Below, piece after piece: positions 51,105 through 60,863 of a stretch of DNA of 64,000 nucleotides. The stretch comes from a virus (taxonomy: Duplodnaviria > Caudoviricetes). The DNA lies in the IMG/VR virus record IMGVR_UViG_3300021431_000079, positions 1 to 64,000 of that record; one strand, given 5' to 3'. Under the pieces are notes generated by a model that ran no database searches, had not been told where the DNA came from, and worked only from the letters and a program-made list of their open reading frames with translations. The first letter of the stretch is position 1; each line of letters begins with the position of its first letter. The translations under genes and the position numbers were made by a program.

Positions 51105-51153
51105 ACTATAGCGTAGGGCAAAACAAAAAAACAAAAATAAGGAGATTAAAATA

Positions 51154-51543
51154 ATGACAAACATGAAAGAAATCAATCTGAATAACGCAAATGCTCGTGA
51201 GAAGGTAGAAGAAGTTCTCAATGAGGTTCAGAAGAAAACCTCAGTAAGAGAGATAAGTTATGATGATATTATTCATGCTCTCAGAATGATCGAGAATAAT
51301 CTTGGTGTATCAAAGAAAGCGATGAATGATGTCCGGGTAACGTGTGATGTTAACGCACAGAGTTTTCCCGGTACATATAAGGGAATTCCAGAATCCACTT
51401 GGTTCTCTGCAAGATACAAAAACGGAAGTTGGAGACTTACAAATATTTGTAGGTCGCAAACTGCCACACCGACAAGAGGACACTTTATATATTTAACAGA
51501 TGCTTGCAAAAAAGCCATTCTGGATAGAATGGAATGCTTCTAA
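51154..51543 (+). CDS. hypothetical protein
   Basis: AAGGAG RBS; AQSFPGTYKGIPESTWF motif. Confidence 0.65.
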   Translation: MTNMKEINLNNANAREKVEEVLNEVQKKTSVREISYDDIIHALRMIENNLGVSKKAMNDVRVTCDVNAQSFPGTYKGIPESTWFSARYKNGSWRLTNICRSQTATPTRGHFIYLTDACKKAILDRMECF

Positions 51544-51783
51544 AGAAGGGAGAAAGTCGGGCTTTCGACCCGGTGCTATAGAGTGATGGAGAAGAGAAAA
51601 TATGTATATCTGATTCTCAATCAGAATTATATCCCTGAAGGAAGAGTAGTTGCTACATCCAGAGAAGAGGCGGTCACCATAGCTGTTGCGGCTTGGAATC
51701 TGAAAAGAGAATCAATACTGGATGCGGTTGCTGTACCTGAAGGACTTTAAAGCATAAAGTTAGATATAGAAAAAGGAGAAGGA

Positions 51784-51975
51784 ATGGTTGTATGTGTAAT
51801 TGCCACGGATAAGGGAACTGGGTTTATTAAAACATGCACTTCATGTGATGATACTGATGCACAGAGATATGCAAAGTATTATCGAAGCATTGGATACAAT
51901 GCAAGAGTGGTAACGTATGAGGAGCTTGAAGAGATTCAGGAAAAAGAAAGGAAATTAAGAGAGGGGTCAATATGA
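51784..51975 (+). CDS. small hypothetical protein
   Basis: AAGGAG RBS. Confidence 0.6.
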   Translation: MVVCVIATDKGTGFIKTCTSCDDTDAQRYAKYYRSIGYNARVVTYEELEEIQEKERKLREGSI

Positions 51976-52571
51976 ATTTAGCTTATATGTATTGCCAGTC
52001 AGTTACTTTATTACATGGTCAGGCAGCAGATGTTCTCGTGGAATATAACGAGAATAAGAATAAATTTATTGTAACTGCTACTTCTGAAAGTTGGATTGAT
52101 AATATAGAGAGCTTTATAAATGAGAATGATGATTGTGATGATTTTTTATGCAAAATATATAATATTAATAATATGAGTGATTTTTTTAAAGAAGCAAGAG
52201 AGGTTTGTACAAAGATTAGTGGAGAGTATTTTACTCTGAGAGAAATCAATCAGACACTTGAGAAATATTGCGAGGATGGGGGCTGGGATAAGTTTTCATG
52301 GCGGTATAAGGACGGAGGAGAACGGATCATGTTAAATGAGTTAATGAATGAATTAACAAATGAAAATTATTATATGTATAAGATAGCAGGTGGCGGTTTT
52401 GGAATTGTAAAGGCAAACACAGAAGACAGTGCCAAAAGGGAAGTGTTAAATGCATATCACAAACATGGACAGCCGGAGTTAACCGAAGAAGATGTAACTG
52501 TGCTTCCTGTTATAAGCGGATACTTCAGTGATTCACCGAATGTTATTGAGCTTGGAGATATTTTAGAATAA
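51972..52571 (+). CDS. hypothetical protein (possible fusion; internal RBS and ATG near 52328)
   Basis: 199 aa ORF. Confidence 0.55.
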   Translation: MNLAYMYCQSVTLLHGQAADVLVEYNENKNKFIVTATSESWIDNIESFINENDDCDDFLCKIYNINNMSDFFKEAREVCTKISGEYFTLREINQTLEKYCEDGGWDKFSWRYKDGGERIMLNELMNELTNENYYMYKIAGGGFGIVKANTEDSAKREVLNAYHKHGQPELTEEDVTVLPVISGYFSDSPNVIELGDILE

Positions 52572-52598
52572 GGTATACTAAAATAATACAAATAACCC

Positions 52599-52628
52599 TT
52601 GACAAAACCACTCAGTGAGTGGTATGAT
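52599..52628 (+). promoter_or_regulatory. sigmaA promoter with palindromic operator in the spacer
   Basis: TTGACA-18 nt-TATGAT; ACCACTCA-G-TGAGTGGT at 52607-52623. Confidence 0.75.
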
Positions 52629-52657
52629 ACAAACAGAAAACAGAAAGGAGTAATTCA

Positions 52658-52996
52658 ATGAACGCAAATAGAATTCGATTGGAAAGATTTTTTGCTGATA
52701 CTGGTTTAATCAAAGCGGGTGCAAAAAGACCTGATAACCTTTTCAATTTTGCACTTGCAAATGATATTGATTCTGAAATTATTGAGGAAATGGAATTAAC
52801 ACCAGAAAACAAAGAGAAAGCTATGAGGTGGCTTGGTACTAAGCGAAATACTTGTAAAGAGGTAAACGGTTTCGCGGGATCGTTCTATCAAGTCGAAGCT
52901 TACGGAATCGAGTATTTCGAAGTAGATGAAGATGGAGAATTTGTTGAAGGTTCTGATTTTGATAGTGCTGAAGATGAGAAGGAGGTTTTGCAATGA
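52658..52996 (+). CDS. acidic hypothetical protein
   Basis: AAGGAG RBS. Confidence 0.65.
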   Translation: MNANRIRLERFFADTGLIKAGAKRPDNLFNFALANDIDSEIIEEMELTPENKEKAMRWLGTKRNTCKEVNGFAGSFYQVEAYGIEYFEVDEDGEFVEGSDFDSAEDEKEVLQ

Positions 52997-53146
52997 CAGC
53001 AAAGAAGATTGTTTATTATCACGGTTTTGACGAAAATGGAAAATGCATTTTGTCCTATTCCTGCGGACATTGTATAATGCCCGTTGATGATAAAGATTAT
53101 TTTTGCAGATGGTGCGGCGCTGAGTTTGAAGAAAAGGAGATGTAAA

Positions 53147-53323
53147 ATGCAGATACTTGAAAGAAGACACCTTAAAAAAATGCCATTCGATCGTTGGGAC
53201 GAATCAACTTGGTCTTTTATCCATGCGACAGGGGATGAGGTTCTTGTACAATGGCCTGACGGTCATTTAACTTGGGAAACAGAATACGAAGATTCACTCT
53301 TTGAGAATAATATCAAGGAGTGA
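53147..53323 (+). CDS. small hypothetical protein
   Basis: AAGGAG RBS. Confidence 0.55.
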   Translation: MQILERRHLKKMPFDRWDESTWSFIHATGDEVLVQWPDGHLTWETEYEDSLFENNIKE

Positions 53324-53327
53324 AGCA

Positions 53328-53657
53328 ATGACGAGTAAGGAAATCAGAGATCTACTTGGTATTAGTCGAGCAGAATTCTCACGGAAATACGGAATTCCAA
53401 TTCGGACTCTTGAGAACTGGGATTCAGGAACAAGGAAAGCCCCCGAATGGATATTGGTTCTTTTAGAAAGGATAGCAAAAGAGGACAAGATCATGGACAA
53501 CAAACCTTTTACAAAAGAGAATCTGATGCAAAGTGGTTTATCAGAAGATGATGCTGATAAGGTTGTGGATTTTGTTGAAAATATAATCAAGAGCGGTGAG
53601 CTTGAGAAGTATTATAAAACAGAAAGGGAAAAGAAGGAGAATTGTGATGAGTCTTAA
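53328..53657 (+). CDS. XRE/Cro-like helix-turn-helix regulator
   Basis: IRDLLGISRAEFSRKYGIPIRTLENWDSGTRKAPEW. Confidence 0.85.
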   Translation: MTSKEIRDLLGISRAEFSRKYGIPIRTLENWDSGTRKAPEWILVLLERIAKEDKIMDNKPFTKENLMQSGLSEDDADKVVDFVENIIKSGELEKYYKTEREKKENCDES

Positions 53658-54003
53658 ATTCACTAAAAAGCAAGTAGAAGATGGTGAGATTGGTAGGGAG
53701 ATTATAGAGGAATATCTTATCGACAAGAAAATGTACGAGCTTGATATGTTTCCTGAATATGAAGATGAGGTTTTATTTACTGGATACATAAAGAAAGTGA
53801 GCACTGGTATTTACGAATTGGTATATGATCCAAGCGAGGCAACATGGGAGTTGAATGCGGTAGTAAGTGTAGACCAATCTGAAAAAGAAGAAATGGCAAA
53901 CGGAAGTTGGAAAGAAACGCTTGATAATCCTCTCTTTGTTGATGTGTGTGAACAGATGCACACATGGTTATACGAATATATCTTGGATGATGTAGAAGAA
54001 TAA
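53647..54003 (+). CDS. acidic hypothetical protein
   Basis: AAGGAG RBS. Confidence 0.6.
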   Translation: MSLKFTKKQVEDGEIGREIIEEYLIDKKMYELDMFPEYEDEVLFTGYIKKVSTGIYELVYDPSEATWELNAVVSVDQSEKEEMANGSWKETLDNPLFVDVCEQMHTWLYEYILDDVEE

Positions 54004-54064
54004 AACAAGAAGCACTGAAATTTGGTTAATAGATAGGTGTTTATTATAATAGGGAGAGTAACAT

Positions 54065-54703
54065 ATGGAGAAAAAAGAAAACAATCTTTCAACAAATATA
54101 GAAGCGAAAAATCGTTTGTTGGGTGGGATACTTGGTGCTATCCCGGGTGCTCTAATTAGTGGCATAGGTGGTGCTATTCTCTCTATTGGCGCAGGTATTT
54201 TTGGAGCGAAACTATCACTTGATGAAGCGGATAGAGCACAAATGGAATTTGAAAACGATCCAAAAAGAACACATCTTGCATATATGAAAAAGCATTATGA
54301 ATATAATGATGAATTTTCTGTAATGCAAACGGAGCACTGTGAGGAGTATCTTGAAAAAATTCGTCAAGAATATCCGATGGAAAAAGAATTTACATATTGG
54401 ATAAATGGGTGTTTTCCAAGTTTGGATTGCAATATGTATAGGTGCTATGTAGCAAAAGACGAAAGCACAAGCTCTTTTGCAATGGCTATTATTTATAATG
54501 ATTTAGTTAGAGAAATTGAGGATGCAAAAGCTAAAGGGGCGAAAATAACATGGACTAAAATGAATGTTGAAATAGAAAAAATGAGTGGCGTAAAAAAAGA
54601 AATTAGATATATTTATAGTATCAATGACAAAGCAAGAATTCCAGTAAGAGAATCTAAAGCAATGGATTTGATGTTTTATTATGAATCTGAAGGTAGAGGT
54701 TAA
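54065..54703 (+). CDS. hypothetical protein with glycine-zipper membrane segment
   Basis: LLGGILGAIPGALISGIGGAILSIGAG. Confidence 0.65.
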   Translation: MEKKENNLSTNIEAKNRLLGGILGAIPGALISGIGGAILSIGAGIFGAKLSLDEADRAQMEFENDPKRTHLAYMKKHYEYNDEFSVMQTEHCEEYLEKIRQEYPMEKEFTYWINGCFPSLDCNMYRCYVAKDESTSSFAMAIIYNDLVREIEDAKAKGAKITWTKMNVEIEKMSGVKKEIRYIYSINDKARIPVRESKAMDLMFYYESEGRG

Positions 54704-54747
54704 CTTATAACTTTAAAAAATAAATAAAACAAAGAAGGAGAATTAAT

Positions 54748-55758
54748 ATGCAGAAATTAAATATTACTTGGAGCGCAAAGCAGATTACAAAGTCTTACAA
54801 CAACGGTCTTTTGAAGTTTGATAACATTATTCAGAGAAGCTATGTATGGGAGCAGAAGAGAAAGTCTGATCTCATCCACTCTATGATTGAGGGATATCCT
54901 ATTCCTCCGTTTTATGCGAGAAAGGTAGATGGTAAGGTGTATGACTTCCTTGATGGCAAACAGAGGATGAATGCTATTGCAGGTTTCATCAATGGAGACT
55001 ATTGGCTTGATGGTATTCGTGAGGTAACTTATACAAATGAAGAGGGTATTGAAGTAACCGAAGATATTAACGGTCTTAGCTTTAATGATCTTCCCGAAGC
55101 TATTCAGGATATTATCAAAGATTATTCGCTCACCATATATTATTATGATAACATTACTGATGATCAGGTAAGAGAGTTATTCCGCAAGCTGAACAACGGA
55201 AAGCCTCTTTCTGCAAAAGAAAAGAACATTGCCAATATGATTGACATTTCCAATATTTCTAATATTGGTGAGCACGAGTTCTTTAAGAAAATATTTACTG
55301 AAAGAGCTATGGATTCCAGAAAGCAGTTGCCTGTTATCATGAAGATGTGGGCAATGCTTAATCAGGATATTGCTGACATATCGTTTGAAAGTAAGTCGTT
55401 CAATGAGCTTGTCGGCGAAACGCTTACAACAGAAAACCAGAGGGAAGAAATTGTAAAATGTCTTGACTTTTACAATGATGTGTTTAATAATGTAAGCGAA
55501 AAGAATGGAAAGGCTACACTTAAAAAGTGTGTTAACGAAACACACTTAGTGTCACTGATTCCGTTTGTAAAAAAAGCTCTGAGTAACAATATTTCTGCTG
55601 ATCTTTTTGCTGACTGGTTAATGACCATCTTTACAAAAGACAAAACGGTATCGTTCGATTACTCGAATGTGGCTCAGTCTGGTGCGGCTAAGAATAGCAG
55701 TATTGTTAAAAGGAATGAGGAATTAGAGGTTTCTTGGAATGAGTTCTTCAAAGAGTAA
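54748..55758 (+). CDS. DUF262 (ParB/Srx-like) domain protein
   Basis: QRSYVW, LIHSMIEGYPIP, DGKQR and FRKLNNGKPLS motifs. Confidence 0.85.
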   Translation: MQKLNITWSAKQITKSYNNGLLKFDNIIQRSYVWEQKRKSDLIHSMIEGYPIPPFYARKVDGKVYDFLDGKQRMNAIAGFINGDYWLDGIREVTYTNEEGIEVTEDINGLSFNDLPEAIQDIIKDYSLTIYYYDNITDDQVRELFRKLNNGKPLSAKEKNIANMIDISNISNIGEHEFFKKIFTERAMDSRKQLPVIMKMWAMLNQDIADISFESKSFNELVGETLTTENQREEIVKCLDFYNDVFNNVSEKNGKATLKKCVNETHLVSLIPFVKKALSNNISADLFADWLMTIFTKDKTVSFDYSNVAQSGAAKNSSIVKRNEELEVSWNEFFKE

Positions 55759-55939
55759 GTACACCATCTACACACAGGATGCCAAAAGCTTTGAGTCTGT
55801 TGGTTGGACAGGCTCAAAGCAAAGGCAAAGAAACAATCTTGAAACATCCATCATTTGGGCGAATACACTTGACTCACGATGGATCAGGTGGAAGATTGTA
55901 GACAATGAGAACGGAGAAATAATCTGTTCCAATGCCTAA
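55739..55939 (+). CDS. small hypothetical protein
   Basis: GAGG RBS, overlaps the upstream stop. Confidence 0.45.
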   Translation: MSSSKSKYTIYTQDAKSFESVGWTGSKQRQRNNLETSIIWANTLDSRWIRWKIVDNENGEIICSNA

Positions 55940-55975
55940 TATTTCTAATTATAAATCAAATAATTAAAAATGGAC

Positions 55976-56004
55976 TTGACAAAACAAGACAAAGCGTTTA
56001 TACT
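55976..56004 (+). promoter_or_regulatory. sigmaA promoter
   Basis: TTGACA-17 nt-TATACT; implies the recombinase starts at 56036. Confidence 0.7.
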
Positions 56005-56035
56005 GAATACAGATACAAAGGAAAGGAGAAGAAGA

Positions 56036-57022
56036 ATGAACGGTAGAAACGAGCATGATGAAAAAGTAAGGGCTATGGTTGATAAGATTTTAGAGTCAAG
56101 ACCTTCTTATCTTAGAGACTACGCAGAGTCTTTCAGAAGTAAAACAGCTTTAACGGAACTGAATTACATTAAAAAGCTTTGCCAGTTCTTTGATTACCTC
56201 GAAAAGCATAATATAATTGATGTATCTAACGGAAAGAACTTTGATAAGCTTGTTCCTTCTAAGGTTAATGGATATATGAATTCTCTTAGTGAGAAATCTG
56301 ATTCGACTCAGGCTCAGACATTTTACGCACTGAAATCTTTCTTCAAGTTCCTTAAGGCAGATCGTTATGTTGAGAACAACATAATGTTAGATATTGAAGC
56401 GCCTAAACTCAAGGGTTTTCATGAGGTTACTGCGTTAGATAAGGATGAGATTCATGATCTGAAGCTTAATGCAAAGTATGGATACAGTCTTGAAACAGAA
56501 CTTGAAAGCAGAAGAAGAGAAGGATGGAGAGAAAGAGACTTCGCTATTATTCAGCTTGGCATTACATCCGGGTTCAGAGTTTCAAGTATTTCTGAGATTA
56601 ACCTTGAAGATATTGATTTTGATCAGCAAGTGATAAGAATTGTTGAGAAAGGTAATAAAGTTCGAGAGATGTATCTTGACAACAGAACTATTGATGCAAT
56701 TCGTGAGTGGATAAGCAAAAGAAATGAATATCTGAAGAAGAGAAAGATGAATACGGATGCGTTATTCATTTCTAATAGATGCAAAAGGATCGCAACGAAT
56801 AGTATTTCCGTAATCATGGATCATTATACAAGGGGAATTGATAAGCATATCACTCCTCACAAGATGAGATCCACCTGTGCCACAAATCTTTATGAAGCAA
56901 CTGGTGATATTTATTTGGTAATGGAGCAGTTGGGTCACGCAAATATTAATAACACCAAAAGATATACAAAGGTTAATAAACAGAGACGTATTGATGCGGC
57001 GAATATTCTTGGTAATCTGTAA
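56036..57022 (+). CDS. tyrosine recombinase-family protein (YopP/SroD-like position)
   Basis: GFRVSS, KG, HKMR, LGH and TKRY residues intact. Confidence 0.85.
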   Translation: MNGRNEHDEKVRAMVDKILESRPSYLRDYAESFRSKTALTELNYIKKLCQFFDYLEKHNIIDVSNGKNFDKLVPSKVNGYMNSLSEKSDSTQAQTFYALKSFFKFLKADRYVENNIMLDIEAPKLKGFHEVTALDKDEIHDLKLNAKYGYSLETELESRRREGWRERDFAIIQLGITSGFRVSSISEINLEDIDFDQQVIRIVEKGNKVREMYLDNRTIDAIREWISKRNEYLKKRKMNTDALFISNRCKRIATNSISVIMDHYTRGIDKHITPHKMRSTCATNLYEATGDIYLVMEQLGHANINNTKRYTKVNKQRRIDAANILGNL

Positions 57023-57165
57023 TATATATACTATAAACCATCTAAATATATATAAGGGGGTGATAAAAATGAATAGACAAATTAAATGAATGTGATCTAA
57101 AAAAGCTTGCACAAATATAAATTGTGATGTATTATATAAGAGAGTTAGAAGGGAGATTTTAATTT

Positions 57166-57597
57166 ATGAAAATTAGATGTAAAAAATGTGGTGCTGAATA
57201 TGGAATTTTTGATCTTGATTTTTATGAAGATAAAGATAAAATGAGGTTTTTGTCATGTAGTCAATGTAATGATGTAACATATTTTAACATCGGTGATTTA
57301 TATCATGGTTGGAATCCAAGTGATAAGAATATAACTGTTATGGATTGTATAGACGATATTAAAGAAAGCATTACAAGTGACGCAGACCTTGTACTTGTAT
57401 GGTTAACAAAGGAAGTTGTAGATGATGAGGGTTTATATCCGTTTTTAAGAAAAGACGGTGAATTGAAACCATATTTAAGAAAATGGGGACGCATATTTGA
57501 TAAGTCTACATGCATTGATAGCGAAATTGATTTTAGCAGATGCCTAAAAGAATGTGGAGTATCTGTAAATTGGGATGGTTATAAAACTATAAGTTAA
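57166..57597 (+). CDS. zinc-ribbon hypothetical protein
   Basis: CKKC...CSQC. Confidence 0.65.
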   Translation: MKIRCKKCGAEYGIFDLDFYEDKDKMRFLSCSQCNDVTYFNIGDLYHGWNPSDKNITVMDCIDDIKESITSDADLVLVWLTKEVVDDEGLYPFLRKDGELKPYLRKWGRIFDKSTCIDSEIDFSRCLKECGVSVNWDGYKTIS

Positions 57598-57636
57598 CCA
57601 GATTTAATTAAAACAAAAAGAAAGGAGAACACTATT

Positions 57637-58854
57637 ATGCTGAAATCAAAGAAGGAGCTTATAAAAGAGCTTCAAAGCGTAATAACAGAAAAGTGTATAG
57701 GCAAACGAAAAGAAAACGAGTACGCTCAATCCGTAATGCGTGAGTTAAATAATAAATACAAAATGACAATCATCAGAGCGTCAGATATTGTATCACTGAG
57801 AATTGACTTCGAAATTCTAACGGAATTTGAATTGTTCTGTGTATGTGATGTTATCTGTCCAGAAAAACTTGCTGAGTATTTTGTAAGCGTGGAAATACAG
57901 AAATATTCCAACTCAACATTTGAGGTAAATAAAATCTTCCTACCGCTCAAGATTAGTATGATTAAAGTGCAGGACAACCAGTTTATTGGTGCGATATCTG
58001 CTAAGACTTTAAGGGAATGGGGAGACGCAGGTTTTATAAATTACAATCAGAACACTCAGCGTACCCTAAAGCGAATTGTCAGAGGAGACAAAGAGTATTA
58101 TAAGATATCTCTCAACCAAACAGCGATCAATGCGATATCAAAACTCATGGAAGACAGAGCATATATCTCTGATGATATCACGCTGAATATCCCGGATGAT
58201 GATGAATCTTCTTTCTCCTACAATTCTGAGACAAAGGAACTGCGGATAGATAAGCTCAAAGCATTTGATATCATAGATGGATACCACCGTTATGTGTCAA
58301 TCGTGAAGATGTGCAATCTGAATCCTGATTTTGATTATCCAATGGAAATCAGAATTACAAACTACACGGAAAGCAAAGCACAACAATTTATCTGGCAGAA
58401 GGATCAGAAGACAAAGATGAAGAAACTTGACTCTGATTCACTTAACCAAGAGAGGTTGTCAAACAGAGTTGTAAACAGATTGAATGATGATCCGAATTTC
58501 ATCTGGTATAGACAGCTTGATAGAAATAATCCCAGAATCCCTGTTGGAACTTTTGCCTTGGCAGTAGATAAGATTTTCTTCACGAAGAAGATTAAGAAAG
58601 ACGAAGAGAATCTTGAGGTAAGAAAGATTGCAAACCAGATTAAATCTGGTCTTGAAGCGTATTTTGATCAATATGATCCATCTGCAACAAAAGAAATAGA
58701 CGATGTAAGAATTGTTTGCATCTTATACTGTATCATGTGCAATGGTCTTGACATGATCAACGAGATAGATACAAATGTAAGAAAGGGTCTTGCTCCGAAT
58801 GCATCAGTCCACACTATTCTGAGAAAGGTGAATGAGGTAGGTGAGAGAAAATGA
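57637..58854 (+). CDS. DndB/DGQHR-like ParB-fold protein (YopQ/SroE-like)
   Basis: YNQNTQR, DDITLN and IIDGYHR motifs. Confidence 0.75.
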   Translation: MLKSKKELIKELQSVITEKCIGKRKENEYAQSVMRELNNKYKMTIIRASDIVSLRIDFEILTEFELFCVCDVICPEKLAEYFVSVEIQKYSNSTFEVNKIFLPLKISMIKVQDNQFIGAISAKTLREWGDAGFINYNQNTQRTLKRIVRGDKEYYKISLNQTAINAISKLMEDRAYISDDITLNIPDDDESSFSYNSETKELRIDKLKAFDIIDGYHRYVSIVKMCNLNPDFDYPMEIRITNYTESKAQQFIWQKDQKTKMKKLDSDSLNQERLSNRVVNRLNDDPNFIWYRQLDRNNPRIPVGTFALAVDKIFFTKKIKKDEENLEVRKIANQIKSGLEAYFDQYDPSATKEIDDVRIVCILYCIMCNGLDMINEIDTNVRKGLAPNASVHTILRKVNEVGERK

Positions 58855-59792
58855 ACGAAATAATAACAGAGTTATATAATGCAGAAAGGAAACAACGATA
58901 TTTTGATGAGAACTATATTGCTAAAAGCAACTACCTAAACCTACTCCGGTTATTTAAAAAGAGCACTGTGTTTGAGAATACATATGACAGGGACATTTCA
59001 GAATGGAGCGCAACGGAAGGTATAGCATTTCTAAAGTTCTTAAACACTGGTTCTGTTAACACGTTGGTTGTATATAGGTCGCTATTAACAAGCTACACTC
59101 AGTGGTGCTTACAAAATAATTTAGTAGAATCGGGGCAAAATAATTGGCAATTAATCACACAAAATGTTCTGCGAGAATGTATAAACAAACAAAAGAATGT
59201 CGTACTAATAAGGCAAGAAGTCCTTGATATTTGCAGAAATCTAAAGAATGACGGAGACGCTTTTTTACTTCTTGGTCTTTTTGAGGGAATTGGCAGTTAC
59301 GGAAAACAATGGGAAGAATTAGCCAATGCAAGAAGACAAGATATTGATCAGGAGAAAAATACAATTCGACTATGTACTGGGAGAGTCTTAGAGATATCCA
59401 ATGAGCTAAAGTACATTGCTATTGAGGCATCAAAAGCAAAGATAATTTACACCGGGAGCAGAGATTATCCAGTATCTCCTGATGAGCCGTATGATCTGAT
59501 CATTAAAACGAAGAAGCGTAGGAATGCAGAAGATAATCCATACAGAAAGGGAGTGCGTTGTTTTGTTCGGCTAAATAAGTTCATGAATGAGTTTGGATAT
59601 TCTGTAACAGCGGCTAATATTGAGAACTCTGGCAAGATAGAATATCTGAATCAGTGTGCTGATGAGGCTGGGATGTCTGTAGAAGATTGGCTTGAAATAA
59701 AAGAAAATGAACAGAAGTTTATTGACAGGTTTAATAACTACAACAAAGGAAAACGCGCTTTCTTATCTGAGAATGAAGAGTATCTTATCTAA
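58851..59792 (+). CDS. degenerate integrase-fold protein (YopR/MrpR/SroF-like repressor)
   Basis: MYN-like LYNAERKQRY start, SAM-like domain, LFEGI, NIENSG; lacks the HxxR and LGH residues. Confidence 0.65.
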   Translation: MNEIITELYNAERKQRYFDENYIAKSNYLNLLRLFKKSTVFENTYDRDISEWSATEGIAFLKFLNTGSVNTLVVYRSLLTSYTQWCLQNNLVESGQNNWQLITQNVLRECINKQKNVVLIRQEVLDICRNLKNDGDAFLLLGLFEGIGSYGKQWEELANARRQDIDQEKNTIRLCTGRVLEISNELKYIAIEASKAKIIYTGSRDYPVSPDEPYDLIIKTKKRRNAEDNPYRKGVRCFVRLNKFMNEFGYSVTAANIENSGKIEYLNQCADEAGMSVEDWLEIKENEQKFIDRFNNYNKGKRAFLSENEEYLI

Positions 59793-59962
59793 TGTGTACA
59801 ATGTTGTGGTTCTCGATATAATTGAGAACCACAACGATTATTTGATACTAATAAGGATGAAAAATGATATTGTTAATAATTTTGTAAACACTTAATAACA
59901 ATTGAATTAAATATACATCTCGATAAAATGGATAACAACAAAAACAAGTGTTCATTTTTCTC

Positions 59963-59991
59963 TTGACACATGAACTGTGTGGTGCTAAAAT
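59963..59991 (+). promoter_or_regulatory. sigmaA promoter
   Basis: TTGACA-17 nt-TAAAAT with extended TG. Confidence 0.65.
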
Positions 59992-60022
59992 AAGGATAAG
60001 AATTTATATGGAGGGTTTGTAT

Positions 60023-60310
60023 ATGATCGAAAATTTTATTTCTGCATTGACTAAAGCTAACAGTTGTATTGAGTGTGTTGAAAATAATGGGTTCGGTGAT
60101 ACAGAGTATAACACATTCTCAGTAAATGGTGTATGGATTGATGATAATAAAACCAATATAAAGCTATCATTTAATGAGGGTGCAACGGAAATCTATTTAA
60201 GTGACTGGGATAAGTGCAATGTGATCGAGGATGAGGATGATGGAACGGTGTATGAATTCGTTTTTGGTAACGTTAAAAGAAGTTTTATAATTCTTCCTAA
60301 AAGTGCTTGA
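60023..60310 (+). CDS. hypothetical protein
   Basis: GGAGG RBS, ATG at 60023. Confidence 0.6.
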   Translation: MIENFISALTKANSCIECVENNGFGDTEYNTFSVNGVWIDDNKTNIKLSFNEGATEIYLSDWDKCNVIEDEDDGTVYEFVFGNVKRSFIILPKSA

Positions 60311-60335
60311 CAAGTTGAAAATAATATGCTAATAT
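60307..60335 (+). promoter_or_regulatory. sigmaA promoter for the replication cluster
   Basis: TTGACA-17 nt-TAATAT with extended TG. Confidence 0.65.
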
Positions 60336-60415
60336 GTTATTAACATAAACGTGGGAAATGGATACTTAGTCAATTGAGTATCCATTTTACAATCTTAAAA
60401 AGGAGAAATTAAAAT

Positions 60416-60844
60416 ATGTGGAAAACGATCAGGGCGAAAAACATGAATACAAAGTATTATATTGACGATGAGAAAAAGACGATTGTTGCCAAGACTGAAA
60501 ATACAAAAACATTTATAAATGAGCTGTGGGATCAGGGGCTGTATGGTTTTATTGGAGCAATTAATTCATTTAAAAGATGTGGTAATATTTGTGACCCTAA
60601 AACTGATTTCGTAGGAAAGGCAGTTTGTAGCCCAAAGGATGAATATGATGAAGAAGTTGGAAAGAAGATCGCTGCATGGAAAGCGGATCTGAAATATCAT
60701 AAGTATAGTGCAAATAGGTATGGGGATATTATATCGAGACTTCAGGAAGTTATCAACCGTGTTAAAGCAAATATGAAGAAGCATGAGAATTGCTGTGCCG
60801 CTCTTGAAAAGAAGCTTGAAGAAGTAAATAATAATACTTTATAA
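60416..60844 (+). CDS. conserved phage protein (GKAVCSPKDEYDEEVGKKIA motif)
   Basis: AAGGAG RBS; recognisable phage motif. Confidence 0.7.
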   Translation: MWKTIRAKNMNTKYYIDDEKKTIVAKTENTKTFINELWDQGLYGFIGAINSFKRCGNICDPKTDFVGKAVCSPKDEYDEEVGKKIAAWKADLKYHKYSANRYGDIISRLQEVINRVKANMKKHENCCAALEKKLEEVNNNTL

Positions 60845-60863
60845 TAAGGAGAATTAAAAATAT

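Noticed and set aside
54748-58854. DUF262 plus DndB-like genes as a GmrSD or phosphorothioation defence system
   Set aside because: No HNH/DUF1524 partner and no dndACDE genes; gene order fits an SPbeta-like regulatory module better.
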